Shown: positions 14,701 through 30,218 of the stretch, piece by piece | How positions within the stretch are numbered: the stretch's first letter is position 1 | How the letters are laid out: the number at the start of each line of letters is the position of its first letter | DNA from: the human T2T-CHM13v2.0 reference genome, Homo sapiens | DNA: 64,000 nucleotides | Strand: one strand, 5' to 3' | Assembly: GCF_009914755.1 (NCBI RefSeq) | Contig: NC_060937.1 | The notes under the pieces: model-generated | Seen by the model: the letters and a program-made list of their open reading frames with translations, nothing else | Database searches by the model: none | Told to the model about the DNA's origin: nothing | Made by a program: the position numbers and the translations under genes

Positions 14701-14765
14701 AAACTTGCTTGAGATGGCTAGTCAAACGTCGAAAGTTGCTTGAGATGGCTAGTCAAACGTCGAAA
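14701..14765. repeat. 31-bp-period tandem duplication in CPB2 3'UTR
   Basis: ttgcttgagatggctagtcaaacgtcgaaa at 14705-14734 and 14736-14765. Confidence 0.97.
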
Positions 14766-15003
14766 ATCAAAGAAAAAGTAGGTAACTAGACTTTTACAAT
14801 TTTTTTTAAAGGGTAAAAAGACATGAACCCTAGTCTGCCTTAATGGCAAAGTAGCACTTATTAGGTTCTCTGACAGAACCAAGGAATAGGAAAATCTTTT
14901 ATCAAAACTACGGATAAAACTTAAAAATAATCTGATACAATGATTTGGTCTTGCTGGAATCAGTAAATTAAAATACGGAAGCAGAATGATAAAATCAGGG
15001 GCA

Positions 15004-15188
15004 TTAAACATTCCTAATGACATGCCAAGCTATTTTAGAGACAGCGGCAAAAGCTTCTCTACAGGTGGGTTTGATGTAACGCTCCGGCAGCAAGAATCCG
15101 TATGTGCCCGTATCTCGAAGTTCAATTGTAAACGAATATTTGATGCCCAAATCATAGATCCAATCGTCCCCACCTCCAGGAGCTAGGT
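15004..15188 (-). CDS. CPB2: CPB2 exon 11 coding part (185 bp; LAPGGGDDWIYDLGIKYSFTIELRD…WHVIRNV*), catalytic Glu
   Basis: Acceptor cttttag|ACCTAG; M14 carboxypeptidase C-terminus; TAA at 15004-15006; exon sum gives a 423-codon CDS with a 74-nt exon 1. Confidence 0.98.
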
Positions 15189-16138
15189 CTAAAAGAAGAA
15201 GAAAGAAATTGTTGAAATACAGACGTTTCAAATTAATTTACAAACTGGGAATTGTTTGATTTAAATGTTTATTTGTTTGTATACCTTTAGATTTTTTTCA
15301 GTTTTTAACTAATATAAACAACTTTACAATGAGTACCCTTGTTTATACATAATTGCTTCTTTGTCTCTTTAGAATATTCTTCCCTAGAATAGATTTGCTA
15401 GTCTAAGGCTCTGTACTTTTTGCAATTACGGCATGTTCCCAAATGGACGTCAAAAGAACTGAATTCATTTATACTTCCACAAGCAGGGTATGAATTTGCC
15501 CATTTCCCCTTCCCATACCATCAATAGGAATTATGAATTCTGATAATTTTATGGGCGAAAAATAATATCCAACTGTCTTAATTTATGTTTTTTGATTATC
15601 AGTGAGTTGCACATTTGTTTGGCATATTTATTGGCTATCTTTATATTTCCTATCAATTGTCCTTCCTCATTTGTCTACTTGGTTCATTTTATCAATTGCT
15701 TATAAAAACGACATTAGTGTTATTAGCTTTGTTTGGCATGTAGACCTTTTTTTCTCCTTTCATTCATTTCTCCTTTCACAAGAATTTTTTCTCCTTACTG
15801 AGATTTCAACTTGGTTTATGCAGGGTTTTCATATGAAAATATATGCTGTACCTGGAATTTACTTTGGTGAAAGACATGTTAATAATCCAATTAATTTTTT
15901 TCTAGGTAACTTGTTAGGTTTTCCAACCGCATTAATTGAATAATCTGACTTTTTTTGGGGGGGTGCTAAATTGAGTCCAGGTTTATGGCAAAGTCTGACC
16001 CAAAATTTTAATTTATAATTTTAGCATCTATCTAATACAGTTTGGGAAGCATCTCATGAAAGCTACAATTGCCAGAAGACTTGTTACAGTTTAATGCATG
16101 TTAACTAAAATGTGTACATATTTTAGTGTTCATGATAA

Positions 16139-16456
<318 letters not shown>

Positions 16457-17151
16457 TAATCATTAAAAAAAAAAAAAAAAGGAAAAACCTGGATTTGGCC
16501 TTCAGGCTGTAGTTTTCTGATGCCTGGTTACAGGTTTATTTTATGCTCCTCTTTTCCCATCTCCCTTCAAACTTCAAAAGGGCAAAATCAGTCTGTCCTC
16601 CCACTGTGTGTAGATAGGAGTTACTCACTAAATATCTTTCAGCAAAAATTAATCAAAACTTTTTGTTAAGAGTTTGTCACAAGTTTTGTGTGTGTAATAT
16701 ATATTAAAGACAATCAACTGTAATGTGTTATGAGCTATACTCTTGGGAACAGGCTAACACTAAAAAACACTTGATGCAAATGGCATGCCCTAGATTAGTG
16801 TAGTGTACAACCTGCACAACCTTCCATGGTGGCCCTGGGAATCATGCAAAAGTTTTATGAACTTTTCTGCTTCACTCAACTAGTATGATGCCAATTCTGT
16901 AATTCCTACTTGATTGTGATAAATATGATTTCTTAAATAGGATTTTGGCTTCTTTTTAGTAACTCATTTATTAATATAGCTTTGTTCAGCATTGTCATAG
17001 CTATTATGCTTCTGTTCCTAATTATTACAATTCAGTTGTATTACATGTGACCCTATTTAATTCAGAAAAATTAAATACACAAAGAAAAACAGATCACACA
17101 GATTTCTTTAGTAGCTCAAAGTTCTCTAAGATCATAAGAAGAAATACTTAC

Positions 17152-17239
17152 ATAAGGTTTCTGAGCCATGGCCATGTGTATACCTGGTATTTTTACTAAT
17201 TTTCTCAATAGCACGAACTGCTTCACTGGCTACTAGAGA
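17152..17239 (-). CDS. CPB2: CPB2 exon 10 (88 bp; SLVASEAVRAIEKISKNTRYTHGHGSETL)
   Basis: Acceptor cttccag|TCTCTA, donor CCTTAT|gtaagt; frame continuous. Confidence 0.97.
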
Positions 17240-19569
17240 CTGGAAGCAACAAGATATAGAATTTCAGTTAATGTGCAGCTTTGAAACATGACAAGTAGAA
17301 GTTTCTAAAAAATAATCATACATTAATTGAATCAAAGTATACAGGTAGAAAATCTAGATTCATCTAAAAGGCAAATAAATAAGGTAAACAAATTAATTTA
17401 AAATATGTGCACTTTATGGCAATCACAATTGGGTGGCTTTAAACATAAACTATTTCAATATATTGAAATAATTTATATAAATAAATATATTAATTTGCAG
17501 AAAAAAATTATCACATGCCTTTTTGGGAACTCATTTATTATGGAAAATGAAGTATAACTACATCTCAAAGGCTTAGAGGTACTCCATTTCTGAACAAAAT
17601 TATCACCAAACTTTAAATCCAACCTTTCTAAACACATACAAACACCTAATGCATGCATGACTCACTTCTTATCCTTCTCACAACTTCTATTTTCTTCTTG
17701 TGTAAAATGTCTAATGACTTCCATAGATTCATCAAATCAAAAAAGATTATGCCTCTGGTATGGAGCAGGATAATAACTAAGACCCCCATTTGACTTCATT
17801 TTGTCTGTTGATATTCATTTTGTCAAATCTATTCTGAAGTTCTCACTTATCTGGAACTTTTCGGAAATTGGAACTAGCATCATGGTATACACTGTTACCT
17901 TCTTGAAAAACTCAAGAGATTTATCAGCGGATATTATTTTATGCCATCTCATTGTTCAAAAAATAAGTTTTAATGTAACCCCATTGTCTACATAATGAAA
18001 TACAAATTTATCTGACAGTCACACCCCTTCAGAAGCCAACCTAATCTACTTTCTGATGCTATCACCCTCCACTTTTGCATCCTCTTATGGTGAACACCAA
18101 CTTCTTTGCTTGGAAGGTCCTTCCTTCCCTGTCTGCCTATAGAAATCCTCTTTCAATGCCTGTCTAAAATGTAGCTGATCTTTGACATCAACAGCACTTT
18201 ATTATTTGTAGTTTTTCCCCCCCTTAATAGATTGTAAATTCCTCAAGGACAGTAACTACTTTATCTCCTCACTTATCTCAGCATTTCCCTCTGAATGCAT
18301 TAGTGAAGCCATCCCTTGATATTCTAGTTAGAAGTGAGTTGTACTGTCTGTGCCACGTATTTAGTAGTTACTCTATGTCGCCTTAGAGTACAACTATTTG
18401 TAACATTTGCTAATGGTTGAGCTCCCTAACCATAACACATTCTCTTAAAGGGCAGGATTTTACCTAATGCTTCTTTAAACATCCATTGACAAGGTATTTT
18501 ACACGTAATGGCTCTCAACATATATGTGTGCTGGCAGTGATGCAAAAAAAAAAAAGCATAATTAGACTAATTCTACTTCCCAAATCATGATAAATTTCCT
18601 TTTATTTCTTCAAAGATAATATTTTTGAAAGGTGCTTTCCTTAACAGTTTTCCCTTGAGAAGAAAAAAGCTCAAGTATCAAGTACATTTATGTTCTAAAT
18701 GGGCTATTTTCAGAGAATGCAAATAATCTTATATTTGTCATCAGCAATTGCTAGCTCCTGTAATGTGACTATATTTTATTCTGTTAAGAGAGCCAGAAAA
18801 AAAAATGAGTCACTAAGAAACAAGCTACTACCTAAAAATTAGTCCCTTCCCAAGAATGGGGCTGTTGATGTAACACTTCCACTGTCTGGAGAGCATCTGG
18901 GATGAGGATTTGTCAAAGCCTAGCTACAATCCTTCAAGAATCCTTGCATCTTTTGCCATGAACCCAAACATACAGTATCTTGGACTAAAAAGTGCTAAGG
19001 GAGTATCAAATTGTGTGAGTCCTCTTTGAATTTCCTGTATTGTCTGTTATGTTCCAAAAAACAGACTCTCTCCTCAATGCTAAAATTGGAGGTACTTTAA
19101 TAGGACCAAAACCCTGAGGGTTAAGGAAGTCAGGGCAGGAACAATTCCTGCTGCTAATACCAAAACAATGAGTGCTGTGTTGAGACTTAATCTGTGGTGT
19201 GCTGTTGTAGGAAGCTAGTGACCACAAAGCTGTCGCATGATTCCATACTCATCCTTGCTTATACCGCTTCACATGCAGATCAGGTCAAGTGTAGTAGTAG
19301 TTCCTTCCTAACCTTCAAGGAATTTGTCTGACATTTTCTTAGGAAGCCCACGTGCTAGAATAAAGTGTGTGTTGTTAGGGTAAGGCACGTTCTTTATATT
19401 CCCTTAGAGAACACTGACCCAGGGTGACTCTCAACAGGATCACACCATGATTTAAAACATCTATCATTTGCCTTCTAGAGGCCAAAATTTTTCCCAGTTT
19501 TTGATTCTTCAACTAAGTATTATTTTATTTCCAAAATGCTAATGAGAAAAATAATTAAGTAGCACTTAC

Positions 19570-19772
19570 CAGTTCCTCATGGTCTTTGCTTTTACTTCGT
19601 GTATAGGAATATGGAAACACTATATGCTGGGAGTATGAATGCATGCTGATGTATGCTTTAATCTGGTTGATATTTCTTCTCAAGAAACTAGCCACTGCCT
19701 TCACTTCTGGTTCTGACTCAGGATAAAGTCCACAGTAGGTTTCCGAGCATGAGGAACTGGATGCACCTTCCT
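19570..19772 (-). CDS. CPB2: CPB2 exon 9 (203 bp; EGASSSSCSETYCGLYPESEPEV…ISMHSYSQ…DHEEL), third Zn ligand His
   Basis: Acceptor gttacag|AGGAAG, donor GAACTG|gtaagt; ESEPE and HSYSQ motifs. Confidence 0.98.
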
Positions 19773-20729
19773 CTGTAACGAAATTGTTAAGGTGAAATTA
19801 TGAGGGGATGCACATAGTACTGTAATTTGTGGTTTCCCAGACAACGTATTCTCCTACCTATGTTGCAACACTTTTAGATGAATGGATTAGGTAGGGCTCT
19901 GCAAAGAACATAGTTCCACTAAGTGTTATGTTTCTTTTGAAGTCAAATACTTATCTGCTCACATAGCTGACCTTCTAACAGTCATTCCCAGCACCTGTCT
20001 CCCTTGCAACCTTGAGAAAGTGGCTAAGAGATCCTCAGAGATGCCAGCCCTGTCTCCAGACTTATGGTTATGGGAGAAAAAATAAACCCCATTTTCCTTA
20101 ATCCACTGTAAATTTAGTTTTTCTGATATTTGTAGTTTTAAAGCTACCATCAATATAGCCCATAAAAGAAAAGCCTCACTTCAGAGCTCAGAATATGTAA
20201 ATCTGCCTTCAGTGCTACTTTTAACTTGCTAAAGTGGTTTAGTAAGTTTAGTAAATAAAATGGGATGGTGATATTTGTTGCCAGACCAACGTTCATTCAT
20301 TCCTTTGATAGATTATAATTTGCATCACTTGAGATGGTAGGCTGCCTTCCAACACTTCTCCCCCTGTCCCTAATTCACAAGGTGAAGCCCCAGCAAGCTG
20401 CATGTGACACAAGAGATTATTCCTTCCTGCAAACAGTTGAGGGCTCAGGATAGGGTCTGACTCTTGTGCTTGCCAATCTGAATCCCTTCAAAGATAACTT
20501 GAAATCAATACTAAGAGTCTAGTCTCAGTCTAGCTGCTCTCTTGAACAGACAGTAAAAATAGTAATACTACCAGCTGACACCTGTGGAGCACATGCTGTA
20601 CGTCAGGAACTCTGCTAAGATTTTTGCCACATCTCATGTAATTCTTACAGCAGCCCTATGAAGTAAATACTGTCATTTTAGGAGATGCAATCTGGATATT
20701 CTTGGTGGTAACCATTCTTCAGAATAAGA

Positions 20730-20968
20730 GGCTATACAGCATATTGTTAAGCACCCAATTACTTGATTCTAAATCTTGACTACCATTTATTAGCTATATG
20801 GCTTTGGGTAAATTTTTAAAAATCTATCTGTATCTCAATTTCCTTATCTGCAAAATTGAAAAATTATACATTAAATGCTGATTGAATGAGAATTAAATGA
20901 GCTAGTTCATACAAAGTGCTTTGCACAGTGCCTGGCATGTAGTATGCATTTCATAACTGTTGCTGTTT

Positions 20969-21003
<35 letters not shown>
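20730..21003. mobile_element. MIR SINE followed by a (CAT)n microsatellite (20969-21003)
   Basis: MIR core tctcaatttccttatctgcaaaat…gcacagtgcctggca; about 11 CAT units. Confidence 0.75.
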
Positions 21004-21479
21004 GTGGACTGAGACCTGAAAGAAGCCAGTGTGCATCACAGAGATGAGAAGGGGAGAGGAAGGATTCACTGAGCCTCTCTAGGGCTCCAGGCCCAGTTCC
21101 TTTCTGTTTCTGAGTCCAGCTGCATCTCTGCCTCAGGAGTCCATGGCTGAGGCTACTCACTATCCTTACAGAGCCTGCTTTTCTTAATTAAGCTCATTCT
21201 GCTTTATTCCTGTTATTATACAAACACAACATTAATGTTTGTTAAAAAATTGTTTCCCTGAGAGGAAATGTGAACATCTAAGGTCTTCCCAAGTATTTCA
21301 TTTTTAACCAATAAGGTGATTGGATAAACCATTTTTGATAGTTCGGTCACCTTTGAATATTCCTGCCCTTTTATGTGGTATATAATTCTTAGAGAATAGA
21401 GATTATATATTGGGTATGGAGGTCGGGGAAGACATAACCACTAAATAGAGAGGTGGTGCCCTAATATGAATCCTCAGAC

Positions 21480-22095
<616 letters not shown>

Positions 22096-22339
22096 AGCCT
22101 CAGATTCTCATTCTATGATTGTCATTCTAGAGATTTCAAGCATTTTAGTGGAAAGAGCCCTGAAGAGGCAGGAAACTTGAGGTGGAGACTCTGCTTTACC
22201 ATTAAGCAGTCATGTTAATTTGGGCAACTACTTCATCGTCTCAGCCTCAGGGGCCTCATCTGTACCAGGAAGGAACTTGGGCCACTGGATCCCTCCAAGC
22301 TCAAGCATTCTTTGATCTATAGACATGGAACCAAGCACA

Positions 22340-22610
22340 CTGTGAGATATCTATAATAGGCAAATTCATAGAGACAGAAAGTAGATAAGAAATTACCAAG
22401 GGCTGGGGAGAAGGTAGGGATGAGGAGATATTGCCTACTGGTTACAATAAGTAAAAATCTCTCTTTGGGACAATTAAAAAATTTTAGTAATAGATAGTAG
22501 TAATTGTGAATGTACTTAATGCCACTGAACTGTACAATTAAAAATTGTTAAAATGGCAAATTTTATATTGCATGTATTTTATCATAATAAAAAATAATTT
22601 TAAAAAACAC
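22340..22610 (+). mobile_element. L1M 3' end fragment
   Basis: ggcaaattcatagagacagaaagtagat … cttaatgccactgaactgtac … A-rich end. Confidence 0.8.
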
Positions 22611-22748
22611 TATAGTCTCCTAGAAAAAGAAATAAAGAATTTTCCATTCAAGCCAGTTGCAAAAACTTTGTAGTTGAACTCAGTGTTTTAGAAAATGTGT
22701 GGTGCTATCTTAGGAAGTTTGAGACCAAAGGTTCTCATAATGTACTCC

Positions 22749-23126
22749 TGTTATGAACTGAATTGCATCCTCCCAAATTCCTATGTTGAAGCCCTAAGCC
22801 CCAATGTGACTGTATTTAAAGATAAGGCCTTTAAGGAGACAAAGTGAAATGAAGTCATAGGCATGGGGCTCTAATCCAATGTGACTGGTGCCCTTATAGG
22901 AATAAAGAGAGACACCAGGGAGGTTTGTGCAGAAAGAGAAGGCCATGTGAGGGCACAGAGAGAAGGCAGCCATCTACAAGCCAATGAGAGAATCCTCAGG
23001 AAGACCTCACTCTGCTGGTACCTTGATTTTGGACTCCCAATCCTCAACTGTGAGAAAATAAATTTCTGTTGTTTAAGCCACCCAACCTATGGTATTTGGT
23101 TATAGCAGCCTGAGAAGACAAAGACA
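22749..23126 (+). mobile_element. MaLR solo LTR (MLT1A-like)
   Basis: tgttatgaactgaattg … ctgtgagaaaataaatttctgttgtttaagccacc … gacaaagaca. Confidence 0.85.
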
Positions 23127-24549
23127 CCCCTACAACCTACCCTCCACTCTCATCTCCAACACACACACACACAAAATTTTAATACAGAGGAGCATAAAAT
23201 GAGTAAGTAGGTTTGATATGTCACTTCCTGTTAATAAGTGAGGTGTTTTTGGATCCTTTATATAAAGAATCATAGGGGCACATTCTAGTTGTAGGGATGA
23301 GAAAAGATTAAATTCTTCTTTCTCACTGTCTTGCTTACATAGTACAGAATAGATACTGGAACAGTTGGTAATAAGGACAGTTCCTTACAATTACTTTTTA
23401 TTTGGTTTTTTTTTTTTTTTTTTAGTTAAAAACCCATATGCTTGCTGCTTCTGTTTCTGTTTTTCACTCTTATGATACGTAACAATATAGCACCATGCCC
23501 AAGAGGGGACTGAGACATTTCTTGATGACAATAACAGAATATATTTTGACTACTTGGCTATCCAAATTAAATAACACTGACTTCACCAAGAAAAATATTA
23601 AGTAAAATCAAGCACCAAAAGAGCTTGAAGATAAAATAAAAACTTCCAAAAGGGAACTGATAACTTGGGTTTATAGCCCAGCTCTGCCACGTACTTGCAC
23701 ATACTTGCTACGTGCCCTTGAGGAAGGGACTTAACTGTTTTCAGCCCGGGTTTCTCCATCTATGATTCATAGATAATGAAATCTGGAAGATGAACTATGT
23801 CAATGGCTCAGCGCTGAGTAACTGTCAGCTCTATTTACTTAGATTCTTTTTACATGGCTGCTGTTCCTGTGAGCCCCTGGCATGTTATTAGTGCCGCAGC
23901 AAACTTTGGGCCTCTGGGAACACGAGTGGTTTTTTAGGGAGAAACCACTAAATGATTCCCTGGAACCTAAGTCGGGATGAACTGCTTCTTCCTCTGAGTT
24001 CCTACCATATCTGTAGCTCTCAGAGCAACTAAATTCATTCATGGACTCATTTAGTTAATATTTTATGAGGACCCTCCTTGTGCCAGGCACTGCACTAGAT
24101 AATGGGTATTGGTTTCTGTCTGCATGGAGTTTCTAACCTAGACAGGGAAAAAAATAAGGAAATAAGGTAAGTGCTTTGTTGTGAGGTTTGGTTTTCTTTT
24201 GTTTTAGCAATCAGCTTTCCCAGGCTGAATGTTGTGAGGTTTTAATAGGTATTCTGGGATTTTGATAAAATGTTTAAAATCATGAAATTTTACCTTTTTT
24301 AAAGGAAATAGGCAAAATTATGTGCATAGGATTGTATAGGGTCCAGGTCTGGGAGGAAGAAGATGTTTCTGTGGATACAATAGCTTCTCTCCCTTATGGG
24401 CCCCATGGAGCCCAAAAATATAGATGATGCATACTCCTTGTCAGGTTAGTTTATTTTCGTAGCTGTTTCTGAAATGTAGTACTATGAAAAATAATGTTGA
24501 GTGGGTGGGAAGAAAGAGTGAACTAACACCTACCCCCCTAAAAGCAAAC

Positions 24550-25130
24550 TTCTTTGTCTTCGGGTTCAGGGGGTACATGTGCAGGTTTTTTCCATGGATA
24601 TATTGTGTGATGCTGAGGTTTGGGATTCTATTGAACCCATCACCCAAATGGTGAACACAGTACCACTTAGGTACTTTTTCAACTCTTTCCCCTCTCTCTC
24701 CTTCCCTGCCCCTTTTTTGAGTCCCCAGTGTCTATTCCCATCTTTATGTCTGTGTATACTCAGTGTTTAGCTTTTACTTATAAGTGAGACCATACAGTAT
24801 TTGATTTTCTGTTTCTGTGTTAATTTACTTAGGACAATGCCTTCCAGCTGCATCCATGTTGCTGTAAAGGACATAATTTTGTTCTTTTTTATGGCTGTGT
24901 AGTATTCCATGATGTATATTTACCACATTTTCTTTATCCAATCCGCCATTGACAGACACCTAGATTGATTCCATGTCTTTGCTCTTGTGAATAGTGCTGC
25001 AATGAACATATGATTGCATGTGTCTTTTGGGTAGATCGATTCATTTTCCTATGAGTATATACTCAGTGATGAGATTGCTGAGTCAAATAGTAATTCTACT
25101 TTTAGTTCTTTAAAAAATCTTCAAACTCCT
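24550..25130 (-). mobile_element. L1MA/PB 3' fragment
   Basis: gggggtacatgtgcaggttt, ttccagctgcatccatgttgc, accacattttctttatcca. Confidence 0.85.
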
Positions 25131-25358
25131 GAAAGCAGACTGTTCTTGAATGCATAACTCAACATCATCGAATGCCTTAACTCATTCGAATTAAGAAATA
25201 ATAAATTCCCACTGTGCTGCTTTTTATACTATTTTTAATATTTTTATATTTTCTTTATATTATTTATTAAAGAAATTAAGAAAGTGAATAGTGAAAAAAA
25301 TGTCTTCAAACACTATAGAAGTAAACATTTACTTGTGCAATTAAAAATGAGGGGTCCA

Positions 25359-25648
25359 GGCCAGGCACAGTGGCTCACTCCTGTGAGCCACTTTGGGAGG
25401 CCGAGGTGGGCGGATCACTTAAGGCCAGGAGTTTGAGACCAGCCTGGCCAACATGGTGAAATCCCATCTGTACTAAAAAAAATACAAAAATTAGCCAGGC
25501 ACGGTGGCATATGCCTGTAGTCCCAGCTACTTGGGAGGCTGAGGCAGGAGAATCCTTGAACCTAGGAGGCAGAGGCTGCAGTGAGCCAAGATTGTGCCAA
25601 TGCACTCCAGCCTGGTCAACACAGCAAGACTCTGTCTCAAAAAAAAAA
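25359..25648 (+). mobile_element. Alu SINE (AluS)
   Basis: Alu consensus with A-tail. Confidence 0.95.
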
Positions 25649-26026
25649 GAGAGGTCCTCCCCCCATCTCAGGTCTTTGATATTCTAATGATGAATGTTTT
25701 TGTTTATTAAAATAGGATCTTTAACTGTCACTTCTTTATTATTCCAAGATAATAGATTTTAGAATTTTGAAGCTAGAAGGGATCTTAAAAAACTGATTCA
25801 ACTTTCTTATTTTAAAGATAGGGAAACAGGAGAGAGGAGAGGCCAAAGTGATTTGCTGACTCTGGCCAACAGTCGCAGCATTACATTTACCTAAGCATTT
25901 ATCATTTAAATTATTCCCTGATTCAGACAGGCCAGCTCTGTATTTAATTTGAATTCATGGGCCTTTCCCTGTGAACATCACCCTTTCAGTGAAGAGACAT
26001 TGCAAGAAATAAAGCCAACAACCTAC

Positions 26027-26120
26027 CACACCAGTGTTTGGAAGCAAAGTTCCTATTCAGGTCTGTTCCGATGCAATGATTGTTCGCATAGAAAGAACGG
26101 TTCTTTCTCCACATTCGATT
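26027..26120 (-). CDS. CPB2: CPB2 exon 8 (94 bp; NRMWRKNRSFYANNHCIGTDLNRNFASKHWC)
   Basis: Acceptor tatgtag|AATCGA, donor GGTGTG|gtaggt; WRKNR and DLNRNF substrate-binding motifs. Confidence 0.98.
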
Positions 26121-26689
26121 CTACATAAACAAAATACAAACAGACAACCTGGGTAGCCACGTTCAAGGCCTGAGGAAAGACATGCATTTGAAAGTCCATG
26201 AAGCCAGAATTGCCTTTCTCTCCTTCAATCCCATACCTTGCATGGCTTCATCACATCACTGTTGTTGCAATATTCCTTTGCACGGTCCCTATTGCTATCC
26301 GGGTTTCAATCACATCCACTCAGACTATTTTAGTTGAACCAAACATAATGGTAATATTTGATCAATTTTGACTGATACAAATAAAGATTTCCTTTCATTC
26401 CACTAGGCTGCTTATTAGCCTTCTTGTTTAGTCTTGTTTCCTTTACATTAATTTTATGCACAGGGTCATTCTGAGCTCCTTCGAAGAAAAGCAAAATAAC
26501 TTTGTGTCTCAACTGAACGCTGAGTCATAAGTTAAAATGCTCTCTTTAGGTAGAATTCACCACTCCCCTTTCAAAGCTAGAAAAGGTGGAGATGTGAAGA
26601 CACCTTTAATCTGATGACTTCTTCGATTGTGCTGATTTGACTCTGGTTTTTAAATATAAAGCAAATTCCCTATTGGGTTCTTGGGGTAA

Positions 26690-27046
<357 letters not shown>

Positions 27047-27639
27047 TTAAGTTCTGAGTTTGGGATGATGTAGCACCCTTTTCTCCTACTCTCACCAACC
27101 CTCCGCCAAGCCTTCCAGCCTGTTACCACTCCCAGGCCTGTGGTTCCGTGGCAACAATAGGCCCTGGGGATATCAAGTTCTCAAACTGTGGGAATTAATA
27201 ATAGGGTAATGATACAAAGAACAGTTGGGAAGCTGGAAATCTAAAGGGTGACTGAATTCCACTGTGATTCAGGTTAAGGTGTAAATATACTTTATTACCA
27301 GTTTACAGATATGACCATTCATTGGACACCAAATTTGTGTTAGGCATTATGCTAGGTAATTCTCATTTACTTAGTTTGGCATTTGCCCACCTCCACCTAC
27401 AAAATTTTCAGTTACAGTATTCCTCTCACCAGAGATGACTTTTTCCTCAATCTCCTGTGCCATTTCCATATCTTCTGCATAAATTACCTCCTACATGAAA
27501 TAATTCATGTGTAATTCCATGTTTCCAATCACACCAACTAATCTTATTCCTCTTAGTATTTATATGTGCTACTCAAGTAGGTTTTTCTAAATTTATATAT
27601 ACCTAGTTATGTTTCTATGTGCCCCTCTTTAAATTAGAA

Positions 27640-28580
<941 letters not shown>

Positions 28581-28685
28581 TAATAAAGCCATTGTGCCTA
28601 GATCCAGAATTCTATGAATAATTCAACCTGTATATCCTATATCCCCAAGGAGAACATGATTTGTCTTCTTTGCCTTTTCTCCTAC

Positions 28686-28796
28686 CTTTTTCCATGAGTA
28701 GTCATAACCATCCACATTAACCACCGGCATAACATAGAAATCCACAAGCCTCAGGAGATTGGTATATTGCCCTATTATCCCATAGAATTGAGTTAT
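28686..28796 (-). CDS. CPB2: CPB2 exon 7 (111 bp, symmetric; ITQFYGIIGQYTNLLRLVDFYVMPVVNVDGYDYSWKK)
   Basis: Acceptor tttgcag|ATAACT, donor AAAAAG|gtagga; PVVNVDGY motif; known to be skipped in a minor isoform. Confidence 0.98.
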
Positions 28797-29911
28797 CTGC
28801 AAATTAAACCAAGTATATTTAATTAGATGTTTTAAGTTCTTCTAAACTTAGTGTGTTTCTTTTTCTTTTTTTTAATTTGTCATTTGGCATGTTTAGATTT
28901 GCAGATTTAACTTTCAGAAAGAGTGCTAATTCCTCAAAAGAACTGAACTTAGGGTGCTACGAAGTGGTGATAAATGCCTTACACGTGGTCCAGTATTCCT
29001 AGTTAATGAAGGCAGACAATCGAACCATAAACTTTCTAAATTTTCCTTAAAAAATAAAATTAATTCTTTATTAAAGCCATAGAGCCCACTAAGAAGATTT
29101 AAGGAAACAAAAACCTAGATTTAGTTTAGCTCCTTTTTCTGTAATTCATGTTCATCAGAGCTTAAACTACCTACCATGTTTTATCCCCAGATGTGATTAC
29201 ATGATATTGGCTACATTGTCCTTAGAACTTGTGGAGCTCAAGTTTTGCTAGAATTGAGTGTGTTTCCCAAGGCTTTGATCATCTAGCTGTAGAATTAGGG
29301 TAGCTTTTCCTAGGAACTGGCTATGAATTCCTAACGGACATCATCTCAAACTTGTTCCTCTCTACTTTAGAGTCATCCAGCTTAGTGGCACATATTGCAG
29401 TGTGATCCAATGGCATCCAAATTTGGTGACTGAGAAGTTTACCCCAAAATGACAAAATGTACAGGCAGGAGAACTATAAAGACAAATTTTAGCTGGTCAA
29501 ATCGTTTCATCTAGGACAAAGCTTTTGGTTCAAAATCTTAATTTGTGGCAACATTGCTATATTTTAATTTAATTCACATTTAATTACATTAAATATTTAA
29601 TTTAGTTTATAATTGTTTGTTGCCTTAAAGCATACTCATGACATTGTTAAGAAATGTCTTTTTCATTATTGACAAAATAAAAACAAGCCTTTTATAAACT
29701 TTACTATTTTCCCTTTAAACGTTTAAAATATTATATTCATATTTCCCTAGAACAATCACAAGAGTCACATTAAAAATCTTTGCCATGAATAAATACTTAT
29801 GAAATCGGAGAGAAAGAAAAGAAAAAAGTTATTTTAAAATCTACTGTAGGTCAGAAATAAAAGGTTAATGAAAAGGAAGCAAAATTTGTAGAATGAAGGA
29901 AGCCATGTTTT

Positions 29912-30218
29912 GTTTTTTTGTTTGTTTGTTTTTTATTATACTTTAAGTTCTGGGATACATGTGCAGAACATGCAGGTTTGTTACATAGTTATACACGTGC
30001 CACGGTGGTTAGCTGCACCCATCAACCCGTCATCTACATTAGGTATTTCTCCTAATGCTCTCCCTCCCCTAGCCCCCCACCCCCGACAGGCCCCGGTGTG
30101 TGATGTTCCCCTCCCTGTGTCCATGTGTTCTCATTGTTCAGCTCCCACTTATGAGTGAGAACATGTGGTGTTTGGTTTTCTGCTCTTGTGTTAGTTTGCT
30201 GAGAATGATGGTTTCCAG
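29912..30218 (-). mobile_element. 5'-truncated primate L1PA with 14-bp TSD
   Basis: ttattatactttaagttctgggatacatgtgcagaac…; TSD ggaagccatgtttt at 29898-29911 and 30219-30232. Confidence 0.93.

Larger units (their letters stand above)
14455..15003 (-). other. CPB2: CPB2 3'UTR
   Basis: Follows stop codon at 15004; contains three poly(A) hexamers. Confidence 0.85.

Noticed and set aside
14705-14765. 30-bp direct repeats as a CRISPR array
   Set aside because: Only two copies separated by 1 nt, no spacers or cas genes, and a eukaryotic 3'UTR context.
20951-21160. ORF ending in poly-Asp (DDDDDDDDDDDK, tag-like)
   Set aside because: Translation of a (CAT)n microsatellite at a MIR end.
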